Part shown: in pieces, positions 29,918 to 39,487 of the stretch
Layout: the number at the start of each line of letters is the position of its first letter
How positions within the stretch are numbered: position 1 is the first letter of the stretch
From: Parcubacteria group bacterium LiPW_15
GTDB lineage: Bacteria; Patescibacteriota; Minisyncoccia; UBA6257; 2-01-FULL-56-20
Direction: 5' to 3'
Assembly: GCA_007375645.1 (NCBI GenBank)
Contig: VMER01000001.1
Coordinates: 337,576-401,575 of the forward strand
Length of the DNA stretch: 64,000 bases
Translations under genes and position numbers: made by a program
The notes under the pieces: model-generated
The model's database searches: none
What the model saw: the letters and a program-made list of their open reading frames with translations, nothing else
Told to the model about the DNA's origin: nothing

Positions 29918-30934
29918 TTAAAGCAAATTCGGCTTGTCGAAATAATAACGTTCCGCCTGGCGGGTGACCCGGACGAGCGTTTGAAGCGCTTGGACGGGAT
30001 ATTTTCCCGAGGCAGTCTCGTCGGAAAGCATCACCGCGTCGGTTCCGTCCAAGACCGCGTTAGCCACGTCCGATACTTCGGCGCGCGTGGGCCGGGGATT
30101 GTTTATCATCGAAAGCAGCATTTGGGTGGCCACGATCGAAGCCTTGCCGTGCCAATCCGCGTGGCGAATGAGATTCTTCTGGATAAACGGGAGTTTCTCC
30201 TCCGCGACTTCTATCCCCAGGTCCCCTCTCGCCACCATTATACCGTCGGACGCCTGGATTATCTCATCGATGTTTTTTAGGGCCAGCGCGGTTTCGATCT
30301 TCGCGATAATCTTCGCCCTACCCCTTACAAGTTTCTTGAGCTTTAAAACATCTCCGGCGGTTTGTACAAAAGAAATGGCGATATAGTCCGCACCTTCCCT
30401 AAGGCCGAATTTCACGTCTTTGATATCTTTTGAGGTCAGTCCGGAAGTAGTGAGTTTGGTGTGCGGAACATTCACGCCCTTCCTCGAATAAAGCGTTCCT
30501 CCCCTTTCTACCCGCGCGTAGATCTTGTCGCCCTGTATTTTTTGAACCATTAGCTTCATCTCTCCGTTCGCAAGATAGATAAGTTCTCCTTTTTTAATAT
30601 CCGCGTGCAGATAAGGCTCGTCCACAAAGATTATTTCCTTGTCGTTCTTTATTTTGGTGGAAAAGATAACTATATCTCCCTCTCTAAGTTCCCGGGATTC
30701 GCCGGGGAGTTCACCCACGCGAATGCGGGGACCTTGAAGATCCTGCAGTATCGCCACCTCGCGCCTTTCTTCCTTGGCGGCTTTTTTTAGCTTTGCGGCG
30801 CGCGATCTAAATTCCTCATAGGTGCAGTGCGAGAAATTGAACCTGGCAATATCCAAGCCCTCTTTCACGAGTTTTTTTATAATTTCGGGAGAATCCGAGG
30901 CCGGACCGATGGTAGCTATTATTTTTGTTCTCAT
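29918..30934 (-). CDS. pyk: pyruvate kinase (short form lacking C-terminal regulatory domain)
   Basis: 338 aa; IIATIGPAS, FSHC, MVARGDLGIE motifs. Confidence 0.9.
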   Translation of the reverse strand: MRTKIIATIGPASDSPEIIKKLVKEGLDIARFNFSHCTYEEFRSRAAKLKKAAKEERREVAILQDLQGPRIRVGELPGESRELREGDIVIFSTKIKNDKEIIFVDEPYLHADIKKGELIYLANGEMKLMVQKIQGDKIYARVERGGTLYSRKGVNVPHTKLTTSGLTSKDIKDVKFGLREGADYIAISFVQTAGDVLKLKKLVRGRAKIIAKIETALALKNIDEIIQASDGIMVARGDLGIEVAEEKLPFIQKNLIRHADWHGKASIVATQMLLSMINNPRPTRAEVSDVANAVLDGTDAVMLSDETASGKYPVQALQTLVRVTRQAERYYFDKPNLL

Positions 30935-30998
30935 ATTTTTAGAAATTAAAATCCGGTTGACCCGGTTTTTATTTACAAGACAATTCTAACAAAAAAGT

Positions 30999-31259
30999 TT
31001 ACGGATGAAAAGCGGGTTTGGATTTTATTAGATCCAGCTTTTTGCTTCTTTCCCAGCTTTTGATTTCCGCCTCCCGCTTCAGGGCGGAACTTCTGGTCGG
31101 GTGTTTTTCGGTATAAACGATTTTCTTGGCTCCGTGCGCCGAGGTATATCCCCCGCCCTTTCTGTCTTTATGCTCCACAAATCTCCGTTTTAAGTCGGTC
31201 GTAATTCCCGTATACAAACTGCCATCAGCGCATTTGAGAATGTAAACAAAATATAACAT
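30999..31259 (-). CDS. GIY-YIG nuclease superfamily protein (UPF0213-like)
   Basis: 86 aa; YFVYILKCADGSLYTGITTDLKRRFVEH. Confidence 0.85.
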   Translation of the reverse strand: MLYFVYILKCADGSLYTGITTDLKRRFVEHKDRKGGGYTSAHGAKKIVYTEKHPTRSSALKREAEIKSWERSKKLDLIKSKPAFHP

Positions 31260-31266
31260 CCGATTC

Positions 31267-32160
31267 CTATTCTTTTATCAGAATAATGCCCGCGATAAGA
31301 ACAAGAAATAAGAAAAGTTTTTTTATAACTTTTTTCCGATGAAGATCCTCTTTGAAAAACTGCGGGAAGAAGCCATGACCGATCCAAGCGTAGACCAGAA
31401 TAAAAAAGGGCGATGCCATTGTAATACCTTTTACTACGCTTATTGAAGTGAGTGAGATCGCGGAACTTTCCGTAAACTGCCCAAGAAAGGTGAAGAGTTC
31501 CTCAAGCAGGAAGAGGGGTGAAAGCTTTACGAAAAGAGGAAACATCGCGCCAATATTTTTCCTGGCTTTCCCCGAAATTAAAACAGAAACTCCAAGAACT
31601 AAGCCTATCATCGCCTCCCCGCCGATCGCCGTGCTTACGCTTACTCCGCTTTTAAACAAAAGTTTCAGAAAAATACCTTCAAATGCCAGAAGGAGCGCTG
31701 CCGCACCTATGTACCACATAGCCTTACTGAACTGAAAACGTTTATGCGCATGGTGCAAAGCGAGGGCAATGACGCTGACAACCACCAGCAGGATGCCCGC
31801 ATATTGGGTAAAATTCAAAACCTCACCCACGATAAGAAAAGCGAGAACTGGTATGAAAACCCTGCTAATAGCGAAGAACGAAACCACAACGGACGTATCA
31901 TCAACCTTGAGGCCGCGATAATATGGGTAAAGATAGCCGACTCCGACGAAACCAAGCAGAATGAAAATTGGGATCGTGTGGAGCGGAGGAAGCGCCGGCG
32001 GAGAGAACGCGAAAAGGATAGGCACGAAAACAAGGTTGAAAAGCGAAGTGTAAAAGATAAGCGTTAGGGGGTGCTTGAATTCCTTATTATCCAAGAACTC
32101 ATCAAAAATCTCCGCAACCGCATAGAAAGCCGGAGCCAGAAAGGCATACAAAAGCCACAT
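31267..32160 (-). CDS. DMT/EamA-like transporter
   Basis: about 298 aa; roughly 10 TM helices; start taken at the internal Met MWLLYAF. Confidence 0.65.
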   Translation of the reverse strand: MWLLYAFLAPAFYAVAEIFDEFLDNKEFKHPLTLIFYTSLFNLVFVPILFAFSPPALPPLHTIPIFILLGFVGVGYLYPYYRGLKVDDTSVVVSFFAISRVFIPVLAFLIVGEVLNFTQYAGILLVVVSVIALALHHAHKRFQFSKAMWYIGAAALLLAFEGIFLKLLFKSGVSVSTAIGGEAMIGLVLGVSVLISGKARKNIGAMFPLFVKLSPLFLLEELFTFLGQFTESSAISLTSISVVKGITMASPFFILVYAWIGHGFFPQFFKEDLHRKKVIKKLFLFLVLIAGIILIKE

Positions 32161-32302
32161 TGAGAAAATTATATCACTAAACGAATTATCCGCGCAGCAC
32201 ACCAAAAACACCTGCCGCGAAGAGCAAATGTTTTGGTGTTCTGCGATTGGAACCTTAATCTAGCATTCTTAGTCCCCCCTTTTTTTCTCCCGTGGCGGTT
32301 CG

Positions 32303-33490
32303 TTAATGCTGAATCCAATTCCCATCGTCATCGTAATTCTGTGATCCACTTATCCCGCAGGCATTCCACACTAGATCAAGTGCGGGTTTTAGAGTTGTGT
32401 GGACAGGTTCATCGTACGTCCCAAAAGTAACTTCGGGGCAATAAAGATTTTTCTCACGTATCGGATGAACATCAGATGTAGATTTAAAAGTGGTGCTAGA
32501 AAAAGACATCCCTTTCACGTCAGTTAGGGTAATAAACACGAATATCGGAGGATTGATCTCCAATGAATGTAGGGCATTGAGATAATTCTTGGTGTAGTTA
32601 ATGATTTGTTCCTCAATAACATAAATTGGAATTACGCTCTCTCTTTCCGTCTTGCTGCGCGCCAAGATAGATGTTTCGACTGCCTCGATCGCGCCGTTTC
32701 GAAATAATTGAACGTAAGATCGCGCAATTTCTTTTTGGCCCGCCCCGGTATGTGCAATTACTCCGGCTACATTGATTTGCGGACGGAACCAAGCATCTGT
32801 AAACATGGGCCGCAAATTATTTAAATCGCTGTAAAGTTGAAAAAGCTTTTCTGCGGGTATGTTGAGAGTTGTAGAGAATGATTCGAGGGGGACAAGGTGT
32901 AAAATAATCTTGCTTCCTCCTACAACAGTGATTGGCGCATTGTTGGCTTCTATTTCCATTGTCCGTTCCATCCGAAAATCTTTTATACGTCTTGAAACAG
33001 TTTCGGATAAGGTAAACTGTTCGCGCAATTCGGAAACATCGAGTGAATACTTACCAGCGGCTCCTCGAGCATAAAACTTGTCGTGACCTGCAAAAATAAC
33101 CCTATGAGGTTTAATCCAGCTTTGCTTTACGCGGACGATAACCAGATATTTGGAATTATCAATTGGGATTGATCTAATGGAGTACTGAATTCTTGGATCC
33201 AGACCATTCTGGATCATTCCATCCATTCGCCTTACTTCAGCGTCGACATCAGGAATTTCAACACCCAGTATTTCCACTGGCAATCCGGCATCTTCCTTGA
33301 TGCCATAAATTAAGTCTCCTCCGATGGTGTTCGAAAAGGATGACACATCAGCAAGAAACTCTTTTTTTGAGGCATCATTTCCTCCTGGCAATTCTTGTTT
33401 ATATTCAATTGACTTACCCTCGGCAACGGAGTTGGAGATTAGTGAGTTAATATCTGCTATCTCAATGTCCTCAAGTTTTTTAGCAATCAT
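32303..33490 (-). CDS. Schlafen/AlbA_2-like putative nucleic-acid-binding protein (divergent recG-C-terminal-like family)
   Basis: 395 aa; N-terminal EGKSIEYKQEL..ADVSSFSNTIGGDLIYGI matches the AlbA_2 signature; region is low GC (about 40%). Confidence 0.7.
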   Translation of the reverse strand: MIAKKLEDIEIADINSLISNSVAEGKSIEYKQELPGGNDASKKEFLADVSSFSNTIGGDLIYGIKEDAGLPVEILGVEIPDVDAEVRRMDGMIQNGLDPRIQYSIRSIPIDNSKYLVIVRVKQSWIKPHRVIFAGHDKFYARGAAGKYSLDVSELREQFTLSETVSRRIKDFRMERTMEIEANNAPITVVGGSKIILHLVPLESFSTTLNIPAEKLFQLYSDLNNLRPMFTDAWFRPQINVAGVIAHTGAGQKEIARSYVQLFRNGAIEAVETSILARSKTERESVIPIYVIEEQIINYTKNYLNALHSLEINPPIFVFITLTDVKGMSFSSTTFKSTSDVHPIREKNLYCPEVTFGTYDEPVHTTLKPALDLVWNACGISGSQNYDDDGNWIQH

Positions 33491-33613
33491 ATATAAATCT
33501 TATTCCGAATAGGACGGTTTTTAAATACTTCGCTCAGATACCTCACGCCTAAAACCACACTATGTCAACGCGTCTCGAGCACGTTCAACCTGGCGACAGA
33601 ACTGGGAACGTTT

Positions 33614-34232
33614 TCAATGTGAAATCAGTTTTTTAATCTCTTCAAAAAATTGTTCATTATTCTTGAAAATTAACGATTTCATACCAAGATTTTCTTGTTT
33701 GTCATCTATAAAAACGCTGTCTTCTGGTTTCACTTTGAGTTTTTCGAGAATTGACATAAAACACTTCTTATCTGGTTTTTTTAGTCCGTCGTCGCACGAT
33801 ATTTCCAGCGCATCAAAATCTCTATAATATTTCTTAGGTATAAGAACATTTTTGGATAAATGAAATTGGGTTGAAAGAACGCCCAATACATACCCTTTAA
33901 CCTTTAGATCTAAAATAAATTTATATAATATTTCGTTTTCAATTACATTCTTTGCATAAAGATTCTCGAATAGCTCCTCAACTTTTTTCCCCGGAACACT
34001 CAGCACTTGTGAGTAAAGCATTAACGTTTCCTCTTTCGATATTTCTCCGATAGAAGATTTTCGATATATATCAATAGTGTCTTTAAAAATCTCATCTGGG
34101 GATTTGTTAACGCCCTCTAATAAAAAACAAGCTTCTTTATATGAGGTGAGAAGGTTTTTTTTCTTCTCTTTTCTTTATATCTTTTGGAAATAAAAGAACG
34201 CCGCCAACATCAAATATCAAAGCTTTTATCAT
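33614..34232 (-). pseudogene. HAD-superfamily hydrolase disrupted by a frameshift in an A8 run (plus-strand T8 at 34155..34162)
   Basis: N-terminal 31 aa ORF MIKALIFDVGGVLL (motif I) ends in a stop; the C-terminal ORF carries motifs III/IV (K..DD); A7 would restore about 206 aa. Confidence 0.6.
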
Positions 34233-34343
34233 TGCTGGCCTCCTCGGTCGCGGATATTTGAAAATCCTTACCCCACAAGCGTCCCAGAGGATTCCCTAAG
34301 TTTATCAAAACGACGCTCCTCGGACGGGAAATCCTGCTAGGAA

Positions 34344-35192
34344 TTAAATCTTCTCAGCTACAAATGCTCCGTAGATGGCTATTTTCCTTTCGAATAAACT
34401 TTTCTGATAGAAAGAAGAAAGATCGCGAGGAAACCCGAACTTTGATTGGATATACTTTATGGGATAGGCGAATAGGCTCTGTCGATATATTTTCTCGCTG
34501 GATTTCTTTATCTTGTCATGCAGGTCGTGGAAAACTATTTTTTTAAATCCTGCCTGCGCCAAATCCTCTGAAAATCCTTCCTTCGTTGCGAAATCCGGCA
34601 CCGCCCAGCCTTCAACGCATTTGGCATAGATATTGCCCTCTTCCGCGCTTAAATTCTCTTTGGTTCGGAATGCGTCTATCACGCAGATTTTCCCGCCGGG
34701 TTTCGTAATGCGATAGGCCTCATTCAGAAAATCTATCTTCTTGTGAGCGTGGCAAATAGACTCGATGCCGAATACTTTTGAGAATGTTGCGTCTTTGAAA
34801 TTCGTGTGGATATAATCTTGCTGCGAGAAATTCAGGAGGCGCTCCACGGCTGATCGCGAAGCTCTCTCAGTGGCTATCTTCAACTGCACCCCTGAAAGAG
34901 TGATACCTTCAACTCTCGCGCCCGTTCGTTCTGCGATGTACATACTGGTGCCTCCGACACCGCAACCTGCGTCCAAGACGGTGTCGCTCGGATCTATGGC
35001 TAATTCATTTACGACGAATTTGTTCGTATTCGTGATAGCTTCAGGCAGGTTCTTGGTGTCCTCGTACCAAAGTCCATAATGCAGTGCTGTAGGCGACCAG
35101 AAGTGGGTGTACGTGAATTGGTGCGTGTCGTAGTATTTGATTATATCCTCGTTCGAAATAAGCATCTTACCCAAGTTTTGAATAGTAGGCAT
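34344..35192 (-). CDS. class I SAM-dependent methyltransferase
   Basis: 282 aa; motif I VLDAGCGVGG. Confidence 0.8.
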   Translation of the reverse strand: MPTIQNLGKMLISNEDIIKYYDTHQFTYTHFWSPTALHYGLWYEDTKNLPEAITNTNKFVVNELAIDPSDTVLDAGCGVGGTSMYIAERTGARVEGITLSGVQLKIATERASRSAVERLLNFSQQDYIHTNFKDATFSKVFGIESICHAHKKIDFLNEAYRITKPGGKICVIDAFRTKENLSAEEGNIYAKCVEGWAVPDFATKEGFSEDLAQAGFKKIVFHDLHDKIKKSSEKIYRQSLFAYPIKYIQSKFGFPRDLSSFYQKSLFERKIAIYGAFVAEKI

Positions 35193-35260
35193 AAAACTAT
35201 TCTACCAGAAACCCAAAGCTAGTTTTAACGCTCCTCGGACGCCTAGAGCTCTGCTCAAGG

Positions 35261-35335
35261 TGGCTGCGGGACCTGGATTCGAACCAAGATACTCGCCTTC
35301 AGAGGGCGATGTCCTACCATTAGACGATCCCGCAA
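35261..35335 (-). tRNA. tRNA-Gln (anticodon CTG), CCA encoded
   Basis: reverse complement folds as TGCGGGA..; anticodon loop CTCTGAA; T-loop TTCGAAT. Confidence 0.8.
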
Positions 35336-35361
35336 TTTGTTTGCGCAGCCTGCTACCATTA

Positions 35362-35381
35362 CCTGCCTGCCGGCAGGCAGG
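35362..35381. repeat. perfect 20 bp palindrome CCTGCCTGCCGGCAGGCAGG (copy 1 of 3)
   Basis: exact match to copies at 51029 and 58962. Confidence 0.9.
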
Positions 35382-35444
35382 GATGACCCGGCAATTGCGT
35401 ATTAACGCACATCAATATTACCCAAATAAGCGTTTTTTGGCAAC

Positions 35445-35472
35445 AAAAAAGGCCTCCGCTTTCGCAGAGGCC
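35445..35472 (-). terminator. intrinsic terminator after CDS 35480..35860
   Basis: ggcctc-cgctttcgc-agaggcc hairpin followed by ttttttgttg on the minus strand. Confidence 0.65.
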
Positions 35473-35479
35473 GTTCGCC

Positions 35480-35860
35480 CTAATAGCTACCGAAAAGGCT
35501 CGCTCGCCCCGCGACCTCGAGAGTCTTGGTGATCTCCTTTGCCGTCTTGGCATCCCGCTTCCGGACGACCTCGAACATCTTCTCGAGGACTTCCCGAGGA
35601 CCCAGAATGTGGATGTCTTTCCGCTCCACCGGATAGAAGGGCTGGGACTTGCCCGATGGCCAGTAGCCCTTCTCCGGCCAGACGAGATACAGCGCCTTGT
35701 CGGGCTCGTCGTATTCTTCGACGACACCGATGACATTCCATACGTCCACCCAGACGACGTCGCCGCCTTTGAGCTCGACCCATACGTCCGCCTGGACGAC
35801 TTCGCCGCCCCTGAGCTCGGCCTCCACGACTTCCTGTTTTTCTTTGATCTCTTCCACGAT
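35480..35860 (-). CDS. hypothetical GC-rich protein with an internal tandem repeat (..EVVQADVWVEL / KGGDVVWVDVW..), probable GTG start
   Basis: about 125 aa; GGAGG RBS; imperfect roughly 39 nt tandem DNA repeat. Confidence 0.45.
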   Translation of the reverse strand: MVEEIKEKQEVVEAELRGGEVVQADVWVELKGGDVVWVDVWNVIGVVEEYDEPDKALYLVWPEKGYWPSGKSQPFYPVERKDIHILGPREVLEKMFEVVRKRDAKTAKEITKTLEVAGRASLFGSY

Positions 35861-35922
35861 GCACCTCCTAGTTCTCGCCGGATTATAACAAAAAAACAAC
35901 CTCCGTCAAAGCTGTTTTTTTG

Positions 35923-36849
35923 TTACGACCTCAGATATTTCCTGACCGCGATGAAACTCGAAACCATTGCCACGCCCACGCCGAAAACCAGTTGATACAG
36001 GAAAAGTTTGAAGATGTTGGCGTAGATGTATCCGTTAAAACTGAAACCGGGCAGGGCCACCTCGGAGGAAGCGGATTGCGAGAATATCCAAGGCACCAAA
36101 CCCACAAGCACAAGCATGGCTACGGTACTGATAACCGCGGAAAAGAATCCGGCGATTAGTCCTTCTATAAGATATGGACCGCGCACGAAAACATTGGAAG
36201 CCCCCACGAGGCGCATAACGCCTATCTCGTCCCGGTTGGAATAAATTGCCAAACGAACGGTGTTATAAACCACCAGGCCGGCTATCAAGGTCAAAATTAT
36301 TGTGAGAAGCAATCCGGCGCGGTTTACCCCGCTTATGAGAGAAGAAAGTTTTTCGATAGCCGTTTGACTCTGCGCAAAATTAACTTTTTCAATGTATTGA
36401 ACAAGCGCGTCGGCCTTCAGATATTGGTCAATCTTCTCATATTGATCAGGGCTGTAGGCTTTAATGTTTAAGGAACCCTGAAACGGGTTCGCGCCCAGCT
36501 GGTCCAAGGATTGGATGATTGCCGGGTCATTCGCGTGTTCCGCTTTAAAAATTTCGAGCGCCTTATCGCTTGAAATATATTCGACGCTCTTTACCTCTGG
36601 AAGTCCCTCTAGGGCCGTCTGAATACTTAAAATATTGTCTTCCGGAGCCGTGTTTTTAAAATAAACGCTGATATCTATCTTGTCTTTCAAAAAAGAAACC
36701 GCTTTGTCGGTCGCCACGTTCGCCAAGATAAGCCCCGAAAACACCATGAGCGACAAAGTCATAATAGCGATCATCGCGGTGGACAAAAGACCGTTCCGCC
36801 AGAAATTCTTGAAACCGTAATGAATTATTCTCGAAAGTATTGTGAACAT
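35923..36849 (-). CDS. ftsX: cell division ABC transporter permease FtsX
   Basis: 308 aa; FtsX topology and family similarity. Confidence 0.9.
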   Translation of the reverse strand: MFTILSRIIHYGFKNFWRNGLLSTAMIAIMTLSLMVFSGLILANVATDKAVSFLKDKIDISVYFKNTAPEDNILSIQTALEGLPEVKSVEYISSDKALEIFKAEHANDPAIIQSLDQLGANPFQGSLNIKAYSPDQYEKIDQYLKADALVQYIEKVNFAQSQTAIEKLSSLISGVNRAGLLLTIILTLIAGLVVYNTVRLAIYSNRDEIGVMRLVGASNVFVRGPYLIEGLIAGFFSAVISTVAMLVLVGLVPWIFSQSASSEVALPGFSFNGYIYANIFKLFLYQLVFGVGVAMVSSFIAVRKYLRS

Positions 36850-36879
36850 AAAAGGTCAAGTTTATTTTAACACAAAGCC

Positions 36880-37563
36880 TTAAACCAAAATGTACTTCCC
36901 TCTCTCTTCGTCGCGGATAATGCGCCCGCGATCCAAGGTCACCACGCGACGGTCCAAATTATTCACGATCTCTTTATCGTGAGTCGCGAGTATCAAAGTC
37001 GTGCCCAGCTGATTTATTTTTTGGAGAAGGTTGATAATTTCCCAAGTGTTGAAAGGATCCAAGTTTCCTGTCGGCTCATCGGCGATTATAACTTCCGGCC
37101 TGTGCACCATCGCCCGAGCGATAGCCACTCTTTGTTTTTCACCGCCCGAAAGTTCATGCGGAAAATTGGCAAGCTTGTCGGAGAGACCCACCATATCCAA
37201 AACCTGAGGCACCAGCTCTTTTATCTCCTCCTGCGAACGGCCAGCGGCTTCAAGCGCAAAGGCAACGTTCTCGTAGGTGTTCTTCATGGGCAATAGTTTG
37301 AAATCCTGGAAGACAACGCCTACATGGCGCCTGAAAGGAGGCAATTCTTTGGAACCCAGTTTATTGACCTCGTACTGGCCGAAAAACACCCGCCCTTTGG
37401 AAGGTTTTTCCTCGCCGGTCAAAAGTTTGATTATCGTGGTTTTCCCGGAACCTGACTTCCCCACCAGACACACGAACTCTCCCGGATCCACCTTGAAGGT
37501 TATATCCTCCAGAGCCGGGGCGCTGCCGTTATAAAGCTTCGAAACGCTTTGAAAAACAATCAT
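36880..37563 (-). CDS. ftsE: cell division ABC transporter ATP-binding protein FtsE
   Basis: 227 aa; Walker [18 protein letters not shown], Walker [12 protein letters not shown]. Confidence 0.95.
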   Translation of the reverse strand: MIVFQSVSKLYNGSAPALEDITFKVDPGEFVCLVGKSGSGKTTIIKLLTGEEKPSKGRVFFGQYEVNKLGSKELPPFRRHVGVVFQDFKLLPMKNTYENVAFALEAAGRSQEEIKELVPQVLDMVGLSDKLANFPHELSGGEKQRVAIARAMVHRPEVIIADEPTGNLDPFNTWEIINLLQKINQLGTTLILATHDKEIVNNLDRRVVTLDRGRIIRDEERGKYILV

Positions 37564-37653
37564 TGGACTGGTTTGTAATTGGTGGTGAGTAGTAAGTAAA
37601 TACCCAAATGAGCAAACAAATACAAGGTGAAACCTTGTCTATTGATAGTACCA

Positions 37654-38688
37654 CTAAGCAGGCAGTTTTTCAATTTCTGCTTCAATAAATTTATCCAAAT
37701 CTCCCGCAAGCACTTCGTCCACCCTTGCAGTTTCTTCCTCTGTTCTGTGGTCCTTCACCATTTGATAAGGATTTAAAACGTAAGAACGGAGTTGGTTTCC
37801 CCATTCCGGCTTAACATTTATCCTTAGCTCCTTTATCTCTTTCACTTTATTCGCCTCCATAAGCTGTAAAAGTTTGGCTTTTAAAAGATTCAGGGCCTTT
37901 TCCCGATTCTGCGCCTGGCTACGTTCCGCCCGGCTCGCAGCCACAATGCCCGTCGGAATATGCGCAACCCGGACGGCGGTCTCCACCTTATTCACATTCT
38001 GTCCCCCGGGGCCTCCGGCGCGTGAAAATTCAAATTTCAGATCAGCATCCGGGATCTCCAATTTCTGCGCGTCTACTTGCGGAAGATCTGGCAAGACTTC
38101 AACCAAAGCAAAGGAGGTGTGCCTAAGTTTCTTCGGAGAAAATGGAGAGATCCTCACAAGCCGATGCACACCGGATTCTCGACGCAGATAACCATAGGCG
38201 TTCGCTCCCGCAATTTCCAAAGTCGCGCTCCGGATATTATCGTCCAGAACCTTTGTCTTCCAGCCGCGGCGCTTGGCATAGCCCTCATACATTTTAAAAA
38301 GCATAGTGGCCCAATCTTCCGCATCTTCGCCGCCGGCTCCGGGGAAAATAGAAATTATCGCAGACTGTTTGTCGTGCGTACCCGTAAAAAGTTCCCGGAG
38401 CTCCAGACTCCTGAATATTCTTCGGGCTTCAAAAAAATCTCCTTCGCTTCCCGCTTCCGCTTTTTGCACGGCGGAAAGGACTTCCTCATAGCGAGCCATT
38501 ACGTCCTGCAGCTCGCCCATCTCTTTTATTTTTTGATCCGCCGCTTCGCGGTTGGACCAGAATCCGGGCTCGGACATCTCTGCTTCAAGTTCCGTGAGTT
38601 TCTGCCGTTTTTCGAAAACTCCAAGTTTTTCGCCCAAAGCGGCGACTTCATTTTTCAGATCCTCGATTGTTTCGAGCTCGTGAGTCAT
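37654..38688 (-). CDS. prfB: peptide chain release factor 2 (contiguous ORF, no programmed frameshift)
   Basis: 345 aa from MTHELE; SPF tripeptide motif; GGQ motif. Confidence 0.9.
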   Translation of the reverse strand: MTHELETIEDLKNEVAALGEKLGVFEKRQKLTELEAEMSEPGFWSNREAADQKIKEMGELQDVMARYEEVLSAVQKAEAGSEGDFFEARRIFRSLELRELFTGTHDKQSAIISIFPGAGGEDAEDWATMLFKMYEGYAKRRGWKTKVLDDNIRSATLEIAGANAYGYLRRESGVHRLVRISPFSPKKLRHTSFALVEVLPDLPQVDAQKLEIPDADLKFEFSRAGGPGGQNVNKVETAVRVAHIPTGIVAASRAERSQAQNREKALNLLKAKLLQLMEANKVKEIKELRINVKPEWGNQLRSYVLNPYQMVKDHRTEEETARVDEVLAGDLDKFIEAEIEKLPA

Positions 38689-38698
38689 TGATCTTTTC

Positions 38699-38772
38699 TG
38701 GAGCCGATGGAGGGAATCGAACCCACGTTTATGCTTTACGAAAGCACCGTTCTGCCATTGAACTACATCGGC
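38699..38772 (-). tRNA. tRNA-Thr (anticodon CGT), CCA encoded
   Basis: reverse complement folds as GCCGATG-TA-GTTC..; anticodon loop TTCGTAA; one U-U mismatch in the T-stem. Confidence 0.7.
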
Positions 38773-38869
38773 AATATTTACTTCCCTGAGTTTAGCCGAA
38801 ACCGATAAAAAACTCCAGATAATCAAAACCTCCGCGGAAGCGGAGGTTTTGATGCTGAAAAAATCATTC

Positions 38870-39346
38870 CTATCCCAGCTTACTCGCAACGTAATTGGTA
38901 AATTCCTGTTCGGTCGGCGGAATGCCACCACTGTCTCCCATGTATTTTTCGTATATACCCTCCAAGACTCCTTCCAGCTTGGCCCGAGCTTCGGCCTCAC
39001 GAGCCTGTTGCTCAACACCGACTGGCTTGTGAAAGCCCATACCTTGTTTCTGAAGATATTTTTCAACGAGAGCATCAATTATCTTCTCTTTTTTTGTCTT
39101 AGTCTCTGTCGGCAATTCTTCTTTCTGCCCATCCAATAAATTTGCGACATAACCAGTAAGCTCCTGTTCGGTCGGCGGAACACCGCCGCTCTCTGTCATA
39201 TATTTCACAAAAATGCCCTCGAGAATACTTTTAAGCTTTGCCCTATCACCAGCCTCACGGCTATATTGCATATCTATCGCGGCATCAGAAAGACCCGCCC
39301 CTGGGAGGCCCCTACCCTGCTCGTGAAGATATTTATCAACGAGCAC
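38870..39346 (-). CDS. hypothetical protein made of two (plus a partial third) roughly 70 aa tandem repeats
   Basis: 158 aa; repeats IDALVEKYLQKQG..GGIPPTEQEFTNYVASKL and LVDKYLHEQG..GGVPPTEQELTGYVANLL; GTG start. Confidence 0.55.
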   Translation of the reverse strand: MLVDKYLHEQGRGLPGAGLSDAAIDMQYSREAGDRAKLKSILEGIFVKYMTESGGVPPTEQELTGYVANLLDGQKEELPTETKTKKEKIIDALVEKYLQKQGMGFHKPVGVEQQAREAEARAKLEGVLEGIYEKYMGDSGGIPPTEQEFTNYVASKLG

Positions 39347-39487
39347 ATCGATTATCTCTTCTTTTTTTTCTTTCTACCGAAGATTTTTCCGTATTGTTCA
39401 TATTTTTATTATACATCCTCCAGTTCGGGAGGAAATGTTTATTGTTCTTAGATTATATCACTTCCTGGCGAAAAGTCAAGGTATCGC

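Noticed and set aside
37654-39078. Long 474 aa version of prfB extending upstream, and a possible programmed +1 frameshift
   Set aside because: The upstream part overlaps tRNA-Thr (38699..38772) and a separate gene; RF2 reads continuously from MTHELE with no CUU-UGA site, so no frameshift annotated.
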